DNA of 64,000 bases, taken from positions 1,152,001 through 1,216,000 of the forward strand of contig OZ242214.1 in NCBI GenBank assembly GCA_965206595.1. The letters are read 5' to 3'. This DNA comes from Candidatus Latescibacterota bacterium. Lineage in GTDB: Bacteria > Latescibacterota > UBA2968 > UBA8231. Each line of letters starts with the position of its first letter. Position 1 is the stretch's first letter. Below, in pieces: positions 1-9,582 of this stretch. The notes under the pieces are model-generated. The model was given only the letters and a program-made list of their open reading frames with translations. It did no database searches and had not been told where the DNA came from. The translations under genes and the position numbers were made by a program.

Positions 1-243
1 GGAAAGCGGTCTGCGACTTCGGCTATCTCATTGACCCGCCGTCATTTTATTGGCTTATTCAAATGAGTTCAGGGCTGCTTCGAAAGGGAGGCAGCCCTTT
101 CATTCGACAGCCCGCGACAGCGCACGTCGGCGCTTCGTTCATCCGGGTTACGGCGGTCTTTCGGCCATTCCTTCGAGCGACTCACCACGGGCCGTCCGAC
201 CTCCGGTTCGAACCTCCAGCTTCGCCCCGCCGATAACAGTAGT

Positions 244-1017
244 GTGAAAGCGATCATCCTCGCAGCCGGCCGCGGAAGCCGGCTTCGGCCGCTCACCGAC
301 GGCCTGCCCAAGTGCCTGCTGCCGATCGGGGATAGCACCATTCTCGAGCGCCTGTTGCGCAATCTCGAGATCTCGGGAGTCGGCGAGTCGGTGCTGGTCT
401 GTGGCTACCGCATCAACCAGGTGCGCCAGGCCGTCGAGGCCTGGGACGGGGGCGTCGGGATTCGTCTGGTCTCCAATCCCTTCCACTCGGTGGCCGACAA
501 CCTTGTCTCCCTGTGGGCGGCGCGTTCGCACATGGACGGAGACTTCCTGCTCATCAACGGGGACAACGTATTCAGTCCGGCGGCGCTGCCGCTGCTGGCG
601 CACACCGATTCCCCGTGCTGCCTGATGGTGCGCCGCCGGGATACCTATGATGTCGACGACATGAAGATCGCCATCCGCGGCGACGGTGTCGTCCGCATCG
701 GCAAGGACCTGAGCGCCGGCGCGACCACCGCGGAGTCGGTCGGCATTATGCAGTTCAGCGGCCGCGGCGTCGACTGGATTCGCGGAATCCTGGAAGAGAG
801 CGTCATGGCGGACGGTGCCATGCAGTCCCTTTTCCCCCGCGCCTTACAGGGCATCATCGACCAGGGGCGCCACGTCAGCTATCTCGACATCGGCCGACTG
901 CCCTGCGCCGACGTCGACACCCCCGAGGACCTCGAACAGGTGCGCCGCGAGATCGACCGCTACACCCGGCTTGAGGCCGCGGTCCAGGAACCCGCTTCCC
1001 CAGGGGAGCCGGCGTGA
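244..1017 (+). CDS. NTP-transferase (phosphocholine/sugar-phosphate cytidylyltransferase family)
   Basis: N-terminal MKAIILAAGRGSRL...PKCLL signature, NGDNV motif and C-terminal DVDTPEDL; GTG start. Confidence 0.9.
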   Translation: MKAIILAAGRGSRLRPLTDGLPKCLLPIGDSTILERLLRNLEISGVGESVLVCGYRINQVRQAVEAWDGGVGIRLVSNPFHSVADNLVSLWAARSHMDGDFLLINGDNVFSPAALPLLAHTDSPCCLMVRRRDTYDVDDMKIAIRGDGVVRIGKDLSAGATTAESVGIMQFSGRGVDWIRGILEESVMADGAMQSLFPRALQGIIDQGRHVSYLDIGRLPCADVDTPEDLEQVRREIDRYTRLEAAVQEPASPGEPA

Positions 1018-2423
1018 TCCAAAGCGGCATTCTCGCCTTTGACAAAGGGGTGCGCCCGGAGCGGCGCTGCGCCGGGCTCACCCTCTTCGAGCGCGGCATT
1101 CGCACCATGGCCCGCGCCGGGATTGAGCGACTCGTCGTCGTCGTCCCCGTGGGCGCGGCGACGAAGCTCGGCAAGGTCACCCGCCGGCTCGACCTGCAGC
1201 TCGAGATCGTGACTTGGGGCACCGCGCCGACCCTCGCCTTTCCGACCGGGGAGGGGGTCCTGGTTCTTCTGGGGGATTGCGTCCATCACCACACCTCGCT
1301 CTCCCAGCTGACCGGGCGCGGCCTGCAGGGGGCGGACCTCGTGGTGCAGACCAGTTCTCTTCCGTCCGGACAGGATCCGGCTCTTCACCTTGCGGCAGGA
1401 CGCGGTTCGGCGCGACTGCACCCGCTTGCCGGGGATGGGGACGGCGGTCCGGTGGCGACGGGGGCCTTTCTCTGCAGCGCCGCGGTCGGTGCGGCGGATG
1501 TGGCGACCACGGCCGCCGGGCGACCCGATGAGGGGACCTTCCTCGCGGTGACCGATTTTCTGGCCGAGCGCAGCGCCAGCCGGCAGGTCGCGACGGCGCC
1601 GGTGGCCGAGGCCTGGCCGCTGTGGCGGCGCGTGGCCGACGCCCGCACGTCGCGGCAGGCCAAGGCGATGCTGTTCTCCCAAGTGACGAAGGCGACGAGC
1701 GGCCCGGTGTCCCGGCACCTCAACGCCCGCATGTCGATTCCGGTCAGCAAGCTGCTGATCGAAACCGGGATCTCACCCCACCTGGTGACCGTCCTCTTCG
1801 TCATGCCCCCCGGCCTCGTCGGCGCCTGGCTGATATCGCGGCCGGACGAGTACCTCAGTTTCGTACTCGCCGGGGTGCTGTGGCAGCTCGCCGCGGTTCT
1901 CGACCGCTGCGACGGGGAGATCGCCCGGGTGCAGCTGTCGGAGTCGAAGTTCGGCGCCTGGTTCGACACCTTGACCGATAACTTCGCCTACCTGTGCGCC
2001 TACGTCGGATTCCTGTTCGGGATCCAGCGTGTGTACGGGGACCAGCCCCTCTATCTCTACCTCGCCCTCTCCGCGGTCGGGGCCCTGTTCGTGATCCTCG
2101 GGGTCATGTACACCTACGCGCTCAAGACCGGCAGCGGCTCGCTTCAGAAGTACCTGGTCGGGTTTTCCAGAGAGGTTCCCGAGAGCGCGAAGGGAATTCT
2201 GTATCGCTTTCTCGAGCCCTCCGCCTTTATTGCCAAGCGCGATTCCTTCTCTTTCGTGTTCCTGGTCTGCTGCCTCGCCGATGCCTTCGCCGTCCTCTAC
2301 TGGTACACCGTGGGCGGCCTCCACCTGCTGGCGCTCGGGGTTCTGATATCGCTGCGCAAAATGCTGCATGCCCACAGGATGCAGGTCGAGGACGCCCCGG
2401 GGTACGGAGAGTCGCGGCCGTGA
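1014..2423 (+). CDS. CDP-alcohol phosphatidyltransferase with degenerate N-terminal nucleotidyltransferase-like domain
   Basis: DRCDGEIAR...GAWFDTLTD matches the CDP-alcohol phosphotransferase motif; several TM segments; GTGA overlap with the upstream gene. Confidence 0.88.
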   Translation: MIQSGILAFDKGVRPERRCAGLTLFERGIRTMARAGIERLVVVVPVGAATKLGKVTRRLDLQLEIVTWGTAPTLAFPTGEGVLVLLGDCVHHHTSLSQLTGRGLQGADLVVQTSSLPSGQDPALHLAAGRGSARLHPLAGDGDGGPVATGAFLCSAAVGAADVATTAAGRPDEGTFLAVTDFLAERSASRQVATAPVAEAWPLWRRVADARTSRQAKAMLFSQVTKATSGPVSRHLNARMSIPVSKLLIETGISPHLVTVLFVMPPGLVGAWLISRPDEYLSFVLAGVLWQLAAVLDRCDGEIARVQLSESKFGAWFDTLTDNFAYLCAYVGFLFGIQRVYGDQPLYLYLALSAVGALFVILGVMYTYALKTGSGSLQKYLVGFSREVPESAKGILYRFLEPSAFIAKRDSFSFVFLVCCLADAFAVLYWYTVGGLHLLALGVLISLRKMLHAHRMQVEDAPGYGESRP

Positions 2424-3478
2424 AGATTCTGCGCCTGCTGCTTCCCGGATTGGGCCTGCTGCTGCTCGGCTATCTCGTCGGCACCCTCGGCCTGCGGCAG
2501 ATCCTCGACAACCTGCTGGTTATGAGGTGGTGGTTCCCCGCGGTTCTCGCCCTCGCCTTCCTTTGGCACGTAACCAATTCCATCGCCTGGGGTTTCGCCT
2601 TTCCGCCCGACGCCTTCCGGCCGCGCCTGCGCACCCTGTTCATGGCCAAGCTCGCCGGCGAGGCCGTCAACCAGCTGACCCCCCTGGCCAACATCGGCGG
2701 CGAACCTCTGAAGGCGTTCCTGCTGAAGCAGCAATCCCCGGTTTCGCGATCCCTCGCTGCAGTGGTCGTCAACAAGACGGCGCAGATTTTCACCGGCCTG
2801 ATGTTCACCCTTGTCGGGCTCGGGCTCGTAGTCGCCCATTGGGACCTGCCGCAGGCCCTGCCGCTCCCGGTCAAGGCCGGACTCGGCGTCCTGGGTCTGC
2901 TGGCCGCGGCGATGACCGCCGCCCTGTACATCAAGCACCGCAGCATGTTCTCGTCGCTGCTGGCGGCCTTCCGGGCGCTCGGCCTCGGCGATTTCGCCGA
3001 CCGCCAGATGGACAGCGCGGTCCGCACCGACGCCAGCATCGGCCGCTTCTACGGGGAGCACAAAGCGCGCTTCGCCCTGGTCATGTTCTTCCACGCCCTC
3101 GGCTGGCTCCTGGGAGCCTGCGAGACCTACGTCATCCTCGAGGCTCTCGGAGCAGGGACCGATTTCGAGATCGCTTTCCTCATAACTGCACTGACCGTCC
3201 TCATCAACAGCCTCTTCTTCTTCATGCCGTCGAACATCGGTGTCCTCGAAGGGGGCGGGGTTTTCCTGTTTCTCACCCTCGGGCTGAACCCGGCGCTCGG
3301 ACTCTCTCTCGGCATCGTCAAGCGCATGCGCAAGATCATCTGGATCTCGATCGGTTGGCTCTTTCTCACTCACCTCGGCCGCGCTGCCAGTTCCTCGGTG
3401 ACCGCCCATCTCGGCGCTGATCGGAAGTCTGCCGCGGGGACGGGTGAGGCGCTTCGCAACAGCCTCACCTCGCGGTAG
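2420..3478 (+). CDS. Lysylphosphatidylglycerol synthase TM-domain / flippase-like membrane protein (HpnL-like)
   Basis: GEAVNQLTPLANIGGEPLK and PSNIGVLEGG motifs; multi-TM; start moved to the GTG at 2420 that overlaps the upstream stop. Confidence 0.82.
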   Translation: MKILRLLLPGLGLLLLGYLVGTLGLRQILDNLLVMRWWFPAVLALAFLWHVTNSIAWGFAFPPDAFRPRLRTLFMAKLAGEAVNQLTPLANIGGEPLKAFLLKQQSPVSRSLAAVVVNKTAQIFTGLMFTLVGLGLVVAHWDLPQALPLPVKAGLGVLGLLAAAMTAALYIKHRSMFSSLLAAFRALGLGDFADRQMDSAVRTDASIGRFYGEHKARFALVMFFHALGWLLGACETYVILEALGAGTDFEIAFLITALTVLINSLFFFMPSNIGVLEGGGVFLFLTLGLNPALGLSLGIVKRMRKIIWISIGWLFLTHLGRAASSSVTAHLGADRKSAAGTGEALRNSLTSR

Positions 3479-3480
3479 CG

Positions 3481-4842
3481 ATGCCGGCGCGCATTCCGTC
3501 CTGGCTGGTGGCGCTCGCCCTGTCCGGGCATCCGGGGTTTGCCTCGGGGCCGGAGTCGGCCCCGGCCCCGCCTTCGGCTCCCTGGTCCCTCGAAGCGCTG
3601 GTAGCCCGCGCCCTGAAGGAAAACCCGGAAGTCGCCGAGGGGAGATGGCGGGTGCGCGGCGCCGAAGCCCGTCTCGACGAGGCCAGGGCCTCCGGGCTGC
3701 TGCCGAGGCTGCGGCTCGAGAGCGCCTCCGGGCTGGTTCCGGACGCCGAGGGGGACGTGTTCAACCCGCCAGTGGATACCACCGGGTTGCGTTCCCTCGG
3801 GGTCTTCAACCGCACCGAGCTCCAGTTCGTGCAGCCGCTCTACACCTTCGGTTACCTGCGCAGCCTGCGGGAAGCGGCCGCCGCCGGGGTCGAAGTGGAG
3901 GAGTCGTCGCTTGCCGGCGTCGAGCTCGACGTCGCCCTGCAGGTCAAGGAGTTCTACTACGGTCTTCTCGCCGCCCGGGATCTCGCCGCCCTCGCCGAGC
4001 GTCTGGGCGAGGAGCTGCGCCGGCACCGGGAGGAGGTGTCGCCGGACGATCCCTCGATTCCTCTGTCGGCGCCGTACAAGCTGGAGCTCGCCCTGCTCGA
4101 GCTGGAACGGCGCCGGCGGGAAGCCGTCGACCAGGCGGCCCTGGCGCGCCGGGCCCTGGCCTGGACCGCGGGTATCCCGGAGGATGCGCCGCTGGAGCTC
4201 GAGCAGGAGTGGATCGAGCCGACTCCGTCCGCGGTGCCGCCCCGGGATTCGCTGTTCGTCCTCGCTTTCAGGAAGCGGCCCGACTGGCGTCAGTTGCGAG
4301 CGGGAATCGCCGCAAGGCAGGCGGTGCAGGAGGCGACTGCCAAGGCCTACCTGCCGCAGCTGTTCCTGACAGGGGGGGTGCGCTACGCCGTCGCCCCGAA
4401 TCGCACGGACCAGCACAATCCCTTCGTCAAGGACGAATTCAACTATTTCAGCGGCGGCATCTTTCTCGGGCTGCGGCAGTCGTTCGAGTGGGGGCTGCTG
4501 GGGGCGGAGGCGGCCCGGGCGCGGGCAGATCTCTACCAGTTGCGCGCCAAGGAGACCGGGGCGGTCCAGGGCATCCGGCTGGAAATCGAGCAGGCCTTCG
4601 GCGACTGGGAGCGCGCCCGCGACGGCCTGGAGTCGGCGCGCGAAGGGCGCCGCACCGCGCGCCGCTGGCTGCGCGCCGCCCGCGACGAGTACGAGCTCGA
4701 CCCGGGGCAGGTCAAGGAGCTGGTCAGCGCTTTCGAGGCCTTCGCCGGGACCGAACAGGGGTACTACAAAGCGGTGTACGACTTAAACATTGCCGTCGCC
4801 CGCCTGGAGCGAACCGTGGGAATGACGTCGTCGTTCGAATGA
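3481..4842 (+). CDS. TolC-family outer membrane efflux protein
   Basis: Signal peptide, two OEP-like helical repeats (QPLYTFG; YLPQLFL), C-terminal ARLERTVG. Confidence 0.85.
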   Translation: MPARIPSWLVALALSGHPGFASGPESAPAPPSAPWSLEALVARALKENPEVAEGRWRVRGAEARLDEARASGLLPRLRLESASGLVPDAEGDVFNPPVDTTGLRSLGVFNRTELQFVQPLYTFGYLRSLREAAAAGVEVEESSLAGVELDVALQVKEFYYGLLAARDLAALAERLGEELRRHREEVSPDDPSIPLSAPYKLELALLELERRRREAVDQAALARRALAWTAGIPEDAPLELEQEWIEPTPSAVPPRDSLFVLAFRKRPDWRQLRAGIAARQAVQEATAKAYLPQLFLTGGVRYAVAPNRTDQHNPFVKDEFNYFSGGIFLGLRQSFEWGLLGAEAARARADLYQLRAKETGAVQGIRLEIEQAFGDWERARDGLESAREGRRTARRWLRAARDEYELDPGQVKELVSAFEAFAGTEQGYYKAVYDLNIAVARLERTVGMTSSFE

Positions 4843-4852
4843 CAGGGTAGCC

Positions 4853-6235
4853 GTGGATTCCTCCCGTTTCGCACGTATTCTGGCTTTTCCGGCCGCGGCC
4901 CTCCAACGGGCCGCTGTCCTCTCCGGGGCCGTTGCCCTGTGTTGCTCCGCCGCCTCGGCGCAGCCGGATCCGGGGCCCTGGGAGGAGCTGCGTGGCGACC
5001 TCACGCGGCTCAACGCCGCCCTCGCCGATTCTTCTCCCCCCGCCCTCGAGGGCCTCCTCGACGAATGGGCGGGCAGCCGCGTAGATCACGAGGGCTTCAC
5101 GCGGACGGTGTTCCGCGACTATTGCGCCAGGACCTTGAAGGACTACGGCAAGTTCATGTCCGGGGAGGAGCTCGACGATTTCGTCGCCCTGCACGAAGAG
5201 CGCCTGCAGAAGGAGTTCCGCGCCCACTGGATTTCCGCCCTCGCCGCCTACCTGCGGGAGGGGCCGTTGACCTCCCTCCGCCTGGTGGAGATCGACGACC
5301 GCGGCGACAAGGCAGAGGTGAAGATCGCAGCCGGAACCGGGCCCGGAGGGGAGCCGCGGACCCTGATCCTGAAACTGCTGGCGGAGGGGCAGGACTGGCG
5401 GCTCGTCGACGTCGAGGCCGGCGACCTGCGCGCCAGCGACCTGCTGCGCAGCCGCTTCGAGGAGATCCTCGTCAACGAGTACTCCCTGCCCGTCCTCGAA
5501 GCGCAGATGCGGCAGCGGCCCTACGTCGTCCTCGAGGACTTCTCGAACACCGAGCCCGGCCGCCCGCCCGAGGGCTGGGGCTGGAGAACCAAGGACCGCG
5601 ACAAGCCCAAGCCGTACACGGTGCTGGCCGCCGGCAGTCAGCGCTACCTCGCTGCCCGGGATTTCGGAAGCTCGATCATTCTGCTCAAGGTCTCCCACTG
5701 GAATCCGCGGCAGTACCCGATTCTCACCTGGTGCTGGCGCGCCGAGTCGCTACCACCGGGCGGGGACGAGCGCTACGGCCCCACCAACGACAGCGCCGCA
5801 GGCCTCTACGTCTTCTTCTCGCAGAACTGGCTGGGCATCCCGCGGCAGATCAAGTACGTGTGGAGCACGACGCTTCCGGAGGGAACCGTCGACCGCCGCA
5901 AGCGCTTTGCCAGGCCCTGGTTCTTCGTCGTGGAGACGGGTGCCGACAACCTCGGGCGCTGGGTGTTCGAGCAGGTCGACCTTCTCTCCGACTACGACCG
6001 CGTCTACGGGGGGGAACCGAAGAGCCGGACGCGCGGTCTCGGCATACTGACCGACGCCAACTCCACCCATTCCTACGCCGAGGCGCATTACGCCGACCTG
6101 CGGGTGTGGACGCGCGAGGCGCTCGAGAGGGGGGCAGTGCGCAACCACTGCGAGTGCCTTCCCGAACCGCCCGCGACCGCGGGGCCGGGACAGGCCGCGA
6201 ACGCTTTGGGGGAAGCCGACCCGGAGCGGCCATAG
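4853..6235 (+). CDS. Secreted protein with MlaC-like N-terminal region and DUF3047-like C-terminal domain
   Basis: WRLVDVEAG (MlaC-like strand); YPILTWCW...NDSAAGLYV...IKYVWS...GILTDANST typical of DUF3047. Confidence 0.7.
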   Translation: MDSSRFARILAFPAAALQRAAVLSGAVALCCSAASAQPDPGPWEELRGDLTRLNAALADSSPPALEGLLDEWAGSRVDHEGFTRTVFRDYCARTLKDYGKFMSGEELDDFVALHEERLQKEFRAHWISALAAYLREGPLTSLRLVEIDDRGDKAEVKIAAGTGPGGEPRTLILKLLAEGQDWRLVDVEAGDLRASDLLRSRFEEILVNEYSLPVLEAQMRQRPYVVLEDFSNTEPGRPPEGWGWRTKDRDKPKPYTVLAAGSQRYLAARDFGSSIILLKVSHWNPRQYPILTWCWRAESLPPGGDERYGPTNDSAAGLYVFFSQNWLGIPRQIKYVWSTTLPEGTVDRRKRFARPWFFVVETGADNLGRWVFEQVDLLSDYDRVYGGEPKSRTRGLGILTDANSTHSYAEAHYADLRVWTREALERGAVRNHCECLPEPPATAGPGQAANALGEADPERP

Positions 6236-6246
6236 AGGGAGTATCC

Positions 6247-6876
6247 ATGTCATTGAGAATGCTGCTGTTGCTGCCGGGTCTCGTCCTGGCCGCCTGGAAC
6301 GGCGCCGCCGGAACCGAGGAAGCGGCCGGGGGTGCCGCGGGACCGGGGAGCGCGATCGTTTTCCTGCAGGCCCAGGACAGCGCCGTCCGGGATATTCTGG
6401 CCGCGAGCCCGTCGGAGGGCCTTTCCGATGAATACCGCCGGCAGGTCAAGGAGCGCATCAACCTCGCCTTCGACTTCGTCGAGCTCGCCCGCCTGTCGCT
6501 GGGGGACCACTGGGAAGGGCGCAGCGAAGCTGAGCGGACCGGGTTCGTCGAGACCTTCCTGGGCATCGTCGAGGAGCGCAACTTCGACAGCTTCGTGCGC
6601 TACTACCGCGAGGGCGGCATCGAGTACCAGAGCGAGGAGATCGAGGGCGGCCGGGCAACCGTCCACGCCACCGCGCCGCTGCGGCGCGAGCGCGTCCCCA
6701 TCACCTACCACCTGCACGGGATCGATGGCCGCTGGCGCATTTACGATCTCGCCATCGACGGCGCCGGCACCGCCGCGGGCAACCGCCGCCAGTACGCCCG
6801 CTACATCGAGCGCCACTCCTTCGAGAAGCTTCTGCAGCGGCTGAAGAGCCAGCTCGAGAGCCTGTCGGCCGACTGA
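6247..6876 (+). CDS. MlaC/Ttg2D (HpnM-like) periplasmic lipid-binding protein
   Basis: GGAG RBS; signal peptide; FDFVELARLSLGDHW, WRIYDLAIDG and NRRQY motifs. Confidence 0.85.
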   Translation: MSLRMLLLLPGLVLAAWNGAAGTEEAAGGAAGPGSAIVFLQAQDSAVRDILAASPSEGLSDEYRRQVKERINLAFDFVELARLSLGDHWEGRSEAERTGFVETFLGIVEERNFDSFVRYYREGGIEYQSEEIEGGRATVHATAPLRRERVPITYHLHGIDGRWRIYDLAIDGAGTAAGNRRQYARYIERHSFEKLLQRLKSQLESLSAD

Positions 6877-6886
6877 TCGGGCAGCG

Positions 6887-9259
6887 ATGCGCGTCAGCTA
6901 CGAACGCATAGTCCACTACGTCTACCACCACCACATCGGCATCATCCTGGTGGCGCTGGCCCTGTCGGTCGCGGCCGGCAGCTTCGCCGTGCAGCTGCGC
7001 ATCAAGGCGGATTCCGCCGACCTGCTGCCCGACGACTACACCAGTGTTCGCGAGCTTAACCGCATCAAGGAACGGGTCGGCGGCATCGGGCCCTCGATGG
7101 TCATCATCACCGGCAGCGACCTGCAGCGCTGCGTCGACTTCATGCTCGTCCTCGCCGACTCGCTGGAACGCAATCCCCTGATCAGCTCGGTGATCCGCGG
7201 CAAGAGCACCGGGTTCTTCAGCCGCAACCGCCTGCTCTACATGGAGACCGGGGACCTCGAGGAGATCCGCCGCCGCTTCGAGGACCACGTCGAGCTCGAA
7301 AAGCTGAAACGCTCTCCTCTCTACTTCGACTTCGGCGAGGAGGAAGAGAGCGACCTCGACTTCAGCGACATCGAGAAGAAATACGAAGGGCACCAGGCCA
7401 GCGGCCTCGACAGGGACTACTACCTGACCGAGGAGAAGAACGGGGTGATCCTGCGCCTGTATCCGACCGGCGTGATCACCGACATCGAGTTCACCCGCCA
7501 GCTGCGCCGCAGCCTCGACGAGACCATCGCCGCGGTCGACCCGGCCCGTTTCCACCCCGACATCCAGTGCGACTACCAGGGCAGCTTCAAGAACGCCTCG
7601 CAGCAGTACGAGGTCGTCGTCGACGATCTCAGGTCCTCGGCGATGCTGGCATTCGTCGGGGTCCTGGTGCTGATATCGATCCACTTCCGGCAGGTGTTCG
7701 CCCCGATCTTCATCATCCTTCCGCTGCTGATGTCGCTGGCCTGGACCTTCGGGCTGACCAAGATCGTCATCGGCAACCTCAACCAGATCACTGTCTGCCT
7801 GTTCGCGATCCTGTTCGGCCTCGGCATCGATTTCGGAATTCACATCTTCGCCCGCTATCGCGAGGCGCGCCGCCGCGGCATGGGCACGGAGGAGGCCCTG
7901 GTCGAGACCGTCGTCCACACCGGCAGCGCCCTGACGACCACCGCGGTAACCACCTCCGTCGCCTTCTTCTCGCTGCTGTTTTCCGACTTCAAGGGGTTTT
8001 CGGAGTTCGGCTTCATCGTCGGCACCGGCATCCTCTTCTCCCTCGGGGCGATGCTCGTCGTCTGCCCCGCCTTCATCGTGCTCGCCGAGCGCTTCGACCT
8101 GATCCGGCTGCAGCAGAAGAGCGTGCCCGTGCACCTGCTGCGCATGGGCCGCTATCCGTTCTCGGTCGCGACCGTGGCTCTCGGGCTGGTCGCCACCGCC
8201 TATTCCCTCTACCACCTGAACGACCTCCACTTCGAGTACGACTTCAAGAAGCTGCGTCCGGAGCTGCCGCGCTCCGGTCCGATGGCGACGCTTCCCGAGG
8301 ATCTCAAGGAGACGCGCTCGCCGGCGATCGTGCTGACCGAGAGCTTCGAGGAAGCGACGGAGGTGGTGTCGGCGGTGAAGAGGATCAAGGCGGCGCGCGG
8401 CGATTCGTCGACTATCCGCTCGGTCAGGAGCGTCTACAGCGCCCTGCCTGCCGACCAGGAGGAGAAGCTGGCCCTGATCGCCGGCATCCGCGGCCTGCTC
8501 GACAGCAACCAGCGCCTGTTGAGCGACGGCGACCGGGTGCGCCTCGATTCCCTGCGGCAGTACCTGGAGGTCGAGAGCCTGTCGCTGGAGGATCTGCCCG
8601 AGGATCTGACCAAGAGCTTTTCGAGCAAGGACGGCGACATCCTGTCGTTCGTGATGATCAACGCCTCGGTGCCTCTCCGGGACGGCCGCAACGCCATGAA
8701 CTTCGCCCGCGAGATCAAGGAGATCCGCACCGGAAAGGGCACCTACCACGCCTCGAGCGCCCACATCATCTTCGCCGAGATGCTCGAGCTGATGCTCGAC
8801 GATGCCGTGAAAGCGGTGGTGGTGACCCTTCTCGTCGTCTTCGTGGTCCTGCTGATCGATCTGCGCAGTGTCGTAAACACGGTGCTCGTGCTGACGCCGT
8901 TACTGACCGCGCTGGCCTGGGTGACCGGGTTCATGTACCTGCTCGACTACCGCGTCAACATTTACAACATGGTCGCCTTCCCGACAATCATAGGCATGGG
9001 TATCGACAACGCCGTGCACATCTTCCACCGCTACCGCGAGTCCGGGAAGGGCTCGCTGCGCCTGGTGCTGCGCACAACCGGGGTGGCGCTGGGGGCGACG
9101 ACGATGACGACGATGGTGGGATTCGCCGGGCTGGTGCTTGCCCATCACCCGGCGCTCTTCTGGATCGGAACGGTGTCGCTGTTCGGACTGGGCTGCTGCT
9201 TCGTCGCCGCGGTCACCCTGCTGCCGGCGTTGCTGCAGCTGCGGGAGGGAAAGGTTTGA
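6887..9259 (+). CDS. MMPL/RND-family lipid transporter (HpnN-like)
   Basis: Two-repeat architecture with GLGIDFGIH and GMGIDNAVH motifs; ~12 TM segments; 790 aa. Confidence 0.9.
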   Translation: MRVSYERIVHYVYHHHIGIILVALALSVAAGSFAVQLRIKADSADLLPDDYTSVRELNRIKERVGGIGPSMVIITGSDLQRCVDFMLVLADSLERNPLISSVIRGKSTGFFSRNRLLYMETGDLEEIRRRFEDHVELEKLKRSPLYFDFGEEEESDLDFSDIEKKYEGHQASGLDRDYYLTEEKNGVILRLYPTGVITDIEFTRQLRRSLDETIAAVDPARFHPDIQCDYQGSFKNASQQYEVVVDDLRSSAMLAFVGVLVLISIHFRQVFAPIFIILPLLMSLAWTFGLTKIVIGNLNQITVCLFAILFGLGIDFGIHIFARYREARRRGMGTEEALVETVVHTGSALTTTAVTTSVAFFSLLFSDFKGFSEFGFIVGTGILFSLGAMLVVCPAFIVLAERFDLIRLQQKSVPVHLLRMGRYPFSVATVALGLVATAYSLYHLNDLHFEYDFKKLRPELPRSGPMATLPEDLKETRSPAIVLTESFEEATEVVSAVKRIKAARGDSSTIRSVRSVYSALPADQEEKLALIAGIRGLLDSNQRLLSDGDRVRLDSLRQYLEVESLSLEDLPEDLTKSFSSKDGDILSFVMINASVPLRDGRNAMNFAREIKEIRTGKGTYHASSAHIIFAEMLELMLDDAVKAVVVTLLVVFVVLLIDLRSVVNTVLVLTPLLTALAWVTGFMYLLDYRVNIYNMVAFPTIIGMGIDNAVHIFHRYRESGKGSLRLVLRTTGVALGATTMTTMVGFAGLVLAHHPALFWIGTVSLFGLGCCFVAAVTLLPALLQLREGKV

Positions 9260-9285
9260 AGCTGCCCGCCGCCACCGGGGCGGGT

Positions 9286-9320
9286 ACAAAAAGAAACCCG
9301 GCCGGGAATCTCGGCCGGGT
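9286..9320 (-). terminator. Rho-independent terminator downstream of tRNA-Gly, possibly bidirectional
   Basis: Stem ACCCGGCCG/CGGCCGGGT followed on the minus strand by TTCTTTTTG. Confidence 0.65.
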
Positions 9321-9439
9321 CGACTTTCGATCGGCTGCGGCTGAACGGGGCAGGTCGATTGCCCGGATTCGCCAACATCCGATTTTTGATTTGCTGACGG
9401 GGAAGAACCCGGTCAGTGGAACCACTCAGTTCAGTGTGA

Positions 9440-9515
9440 TGGAGCGGGAGACGGGACTCGAACCCGCGACAACAACGTTGGCAACGTTGGGCTCTACCAA
9501 CTGAGCTACTCCCGC
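9440..9515 (-). tRNA. tRNA-Gly(GCC)
   Basis: Reverse complement GCGGGAGTAGCTCAGTTGGTAGAGC...CAACG-TTGCCAA-CGTTG...GGTTCGAGTCC...CTCCCGCTCCA; 76 nt with encoded CCA. Confidence 0.98.
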
Positions 9516-9582
9516 AAAAAACCTCGACAACCCACGCAAACAGGGGTGTTGCGGATCCCTGTTTGCCCGATCTAAACAAGCG

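Noticed and set aside
31-61. TTGACC as the promoter of the lipid operon
   Set aside because: No convincing -10 at 16-18 nt spacing, and upstream context is cut off by the window edge
9440-9515. tRNA-Gly as an island attachment site
   Set aside because: No integrase nearby and no duplicate of the tRNA 3' end was seen in the window
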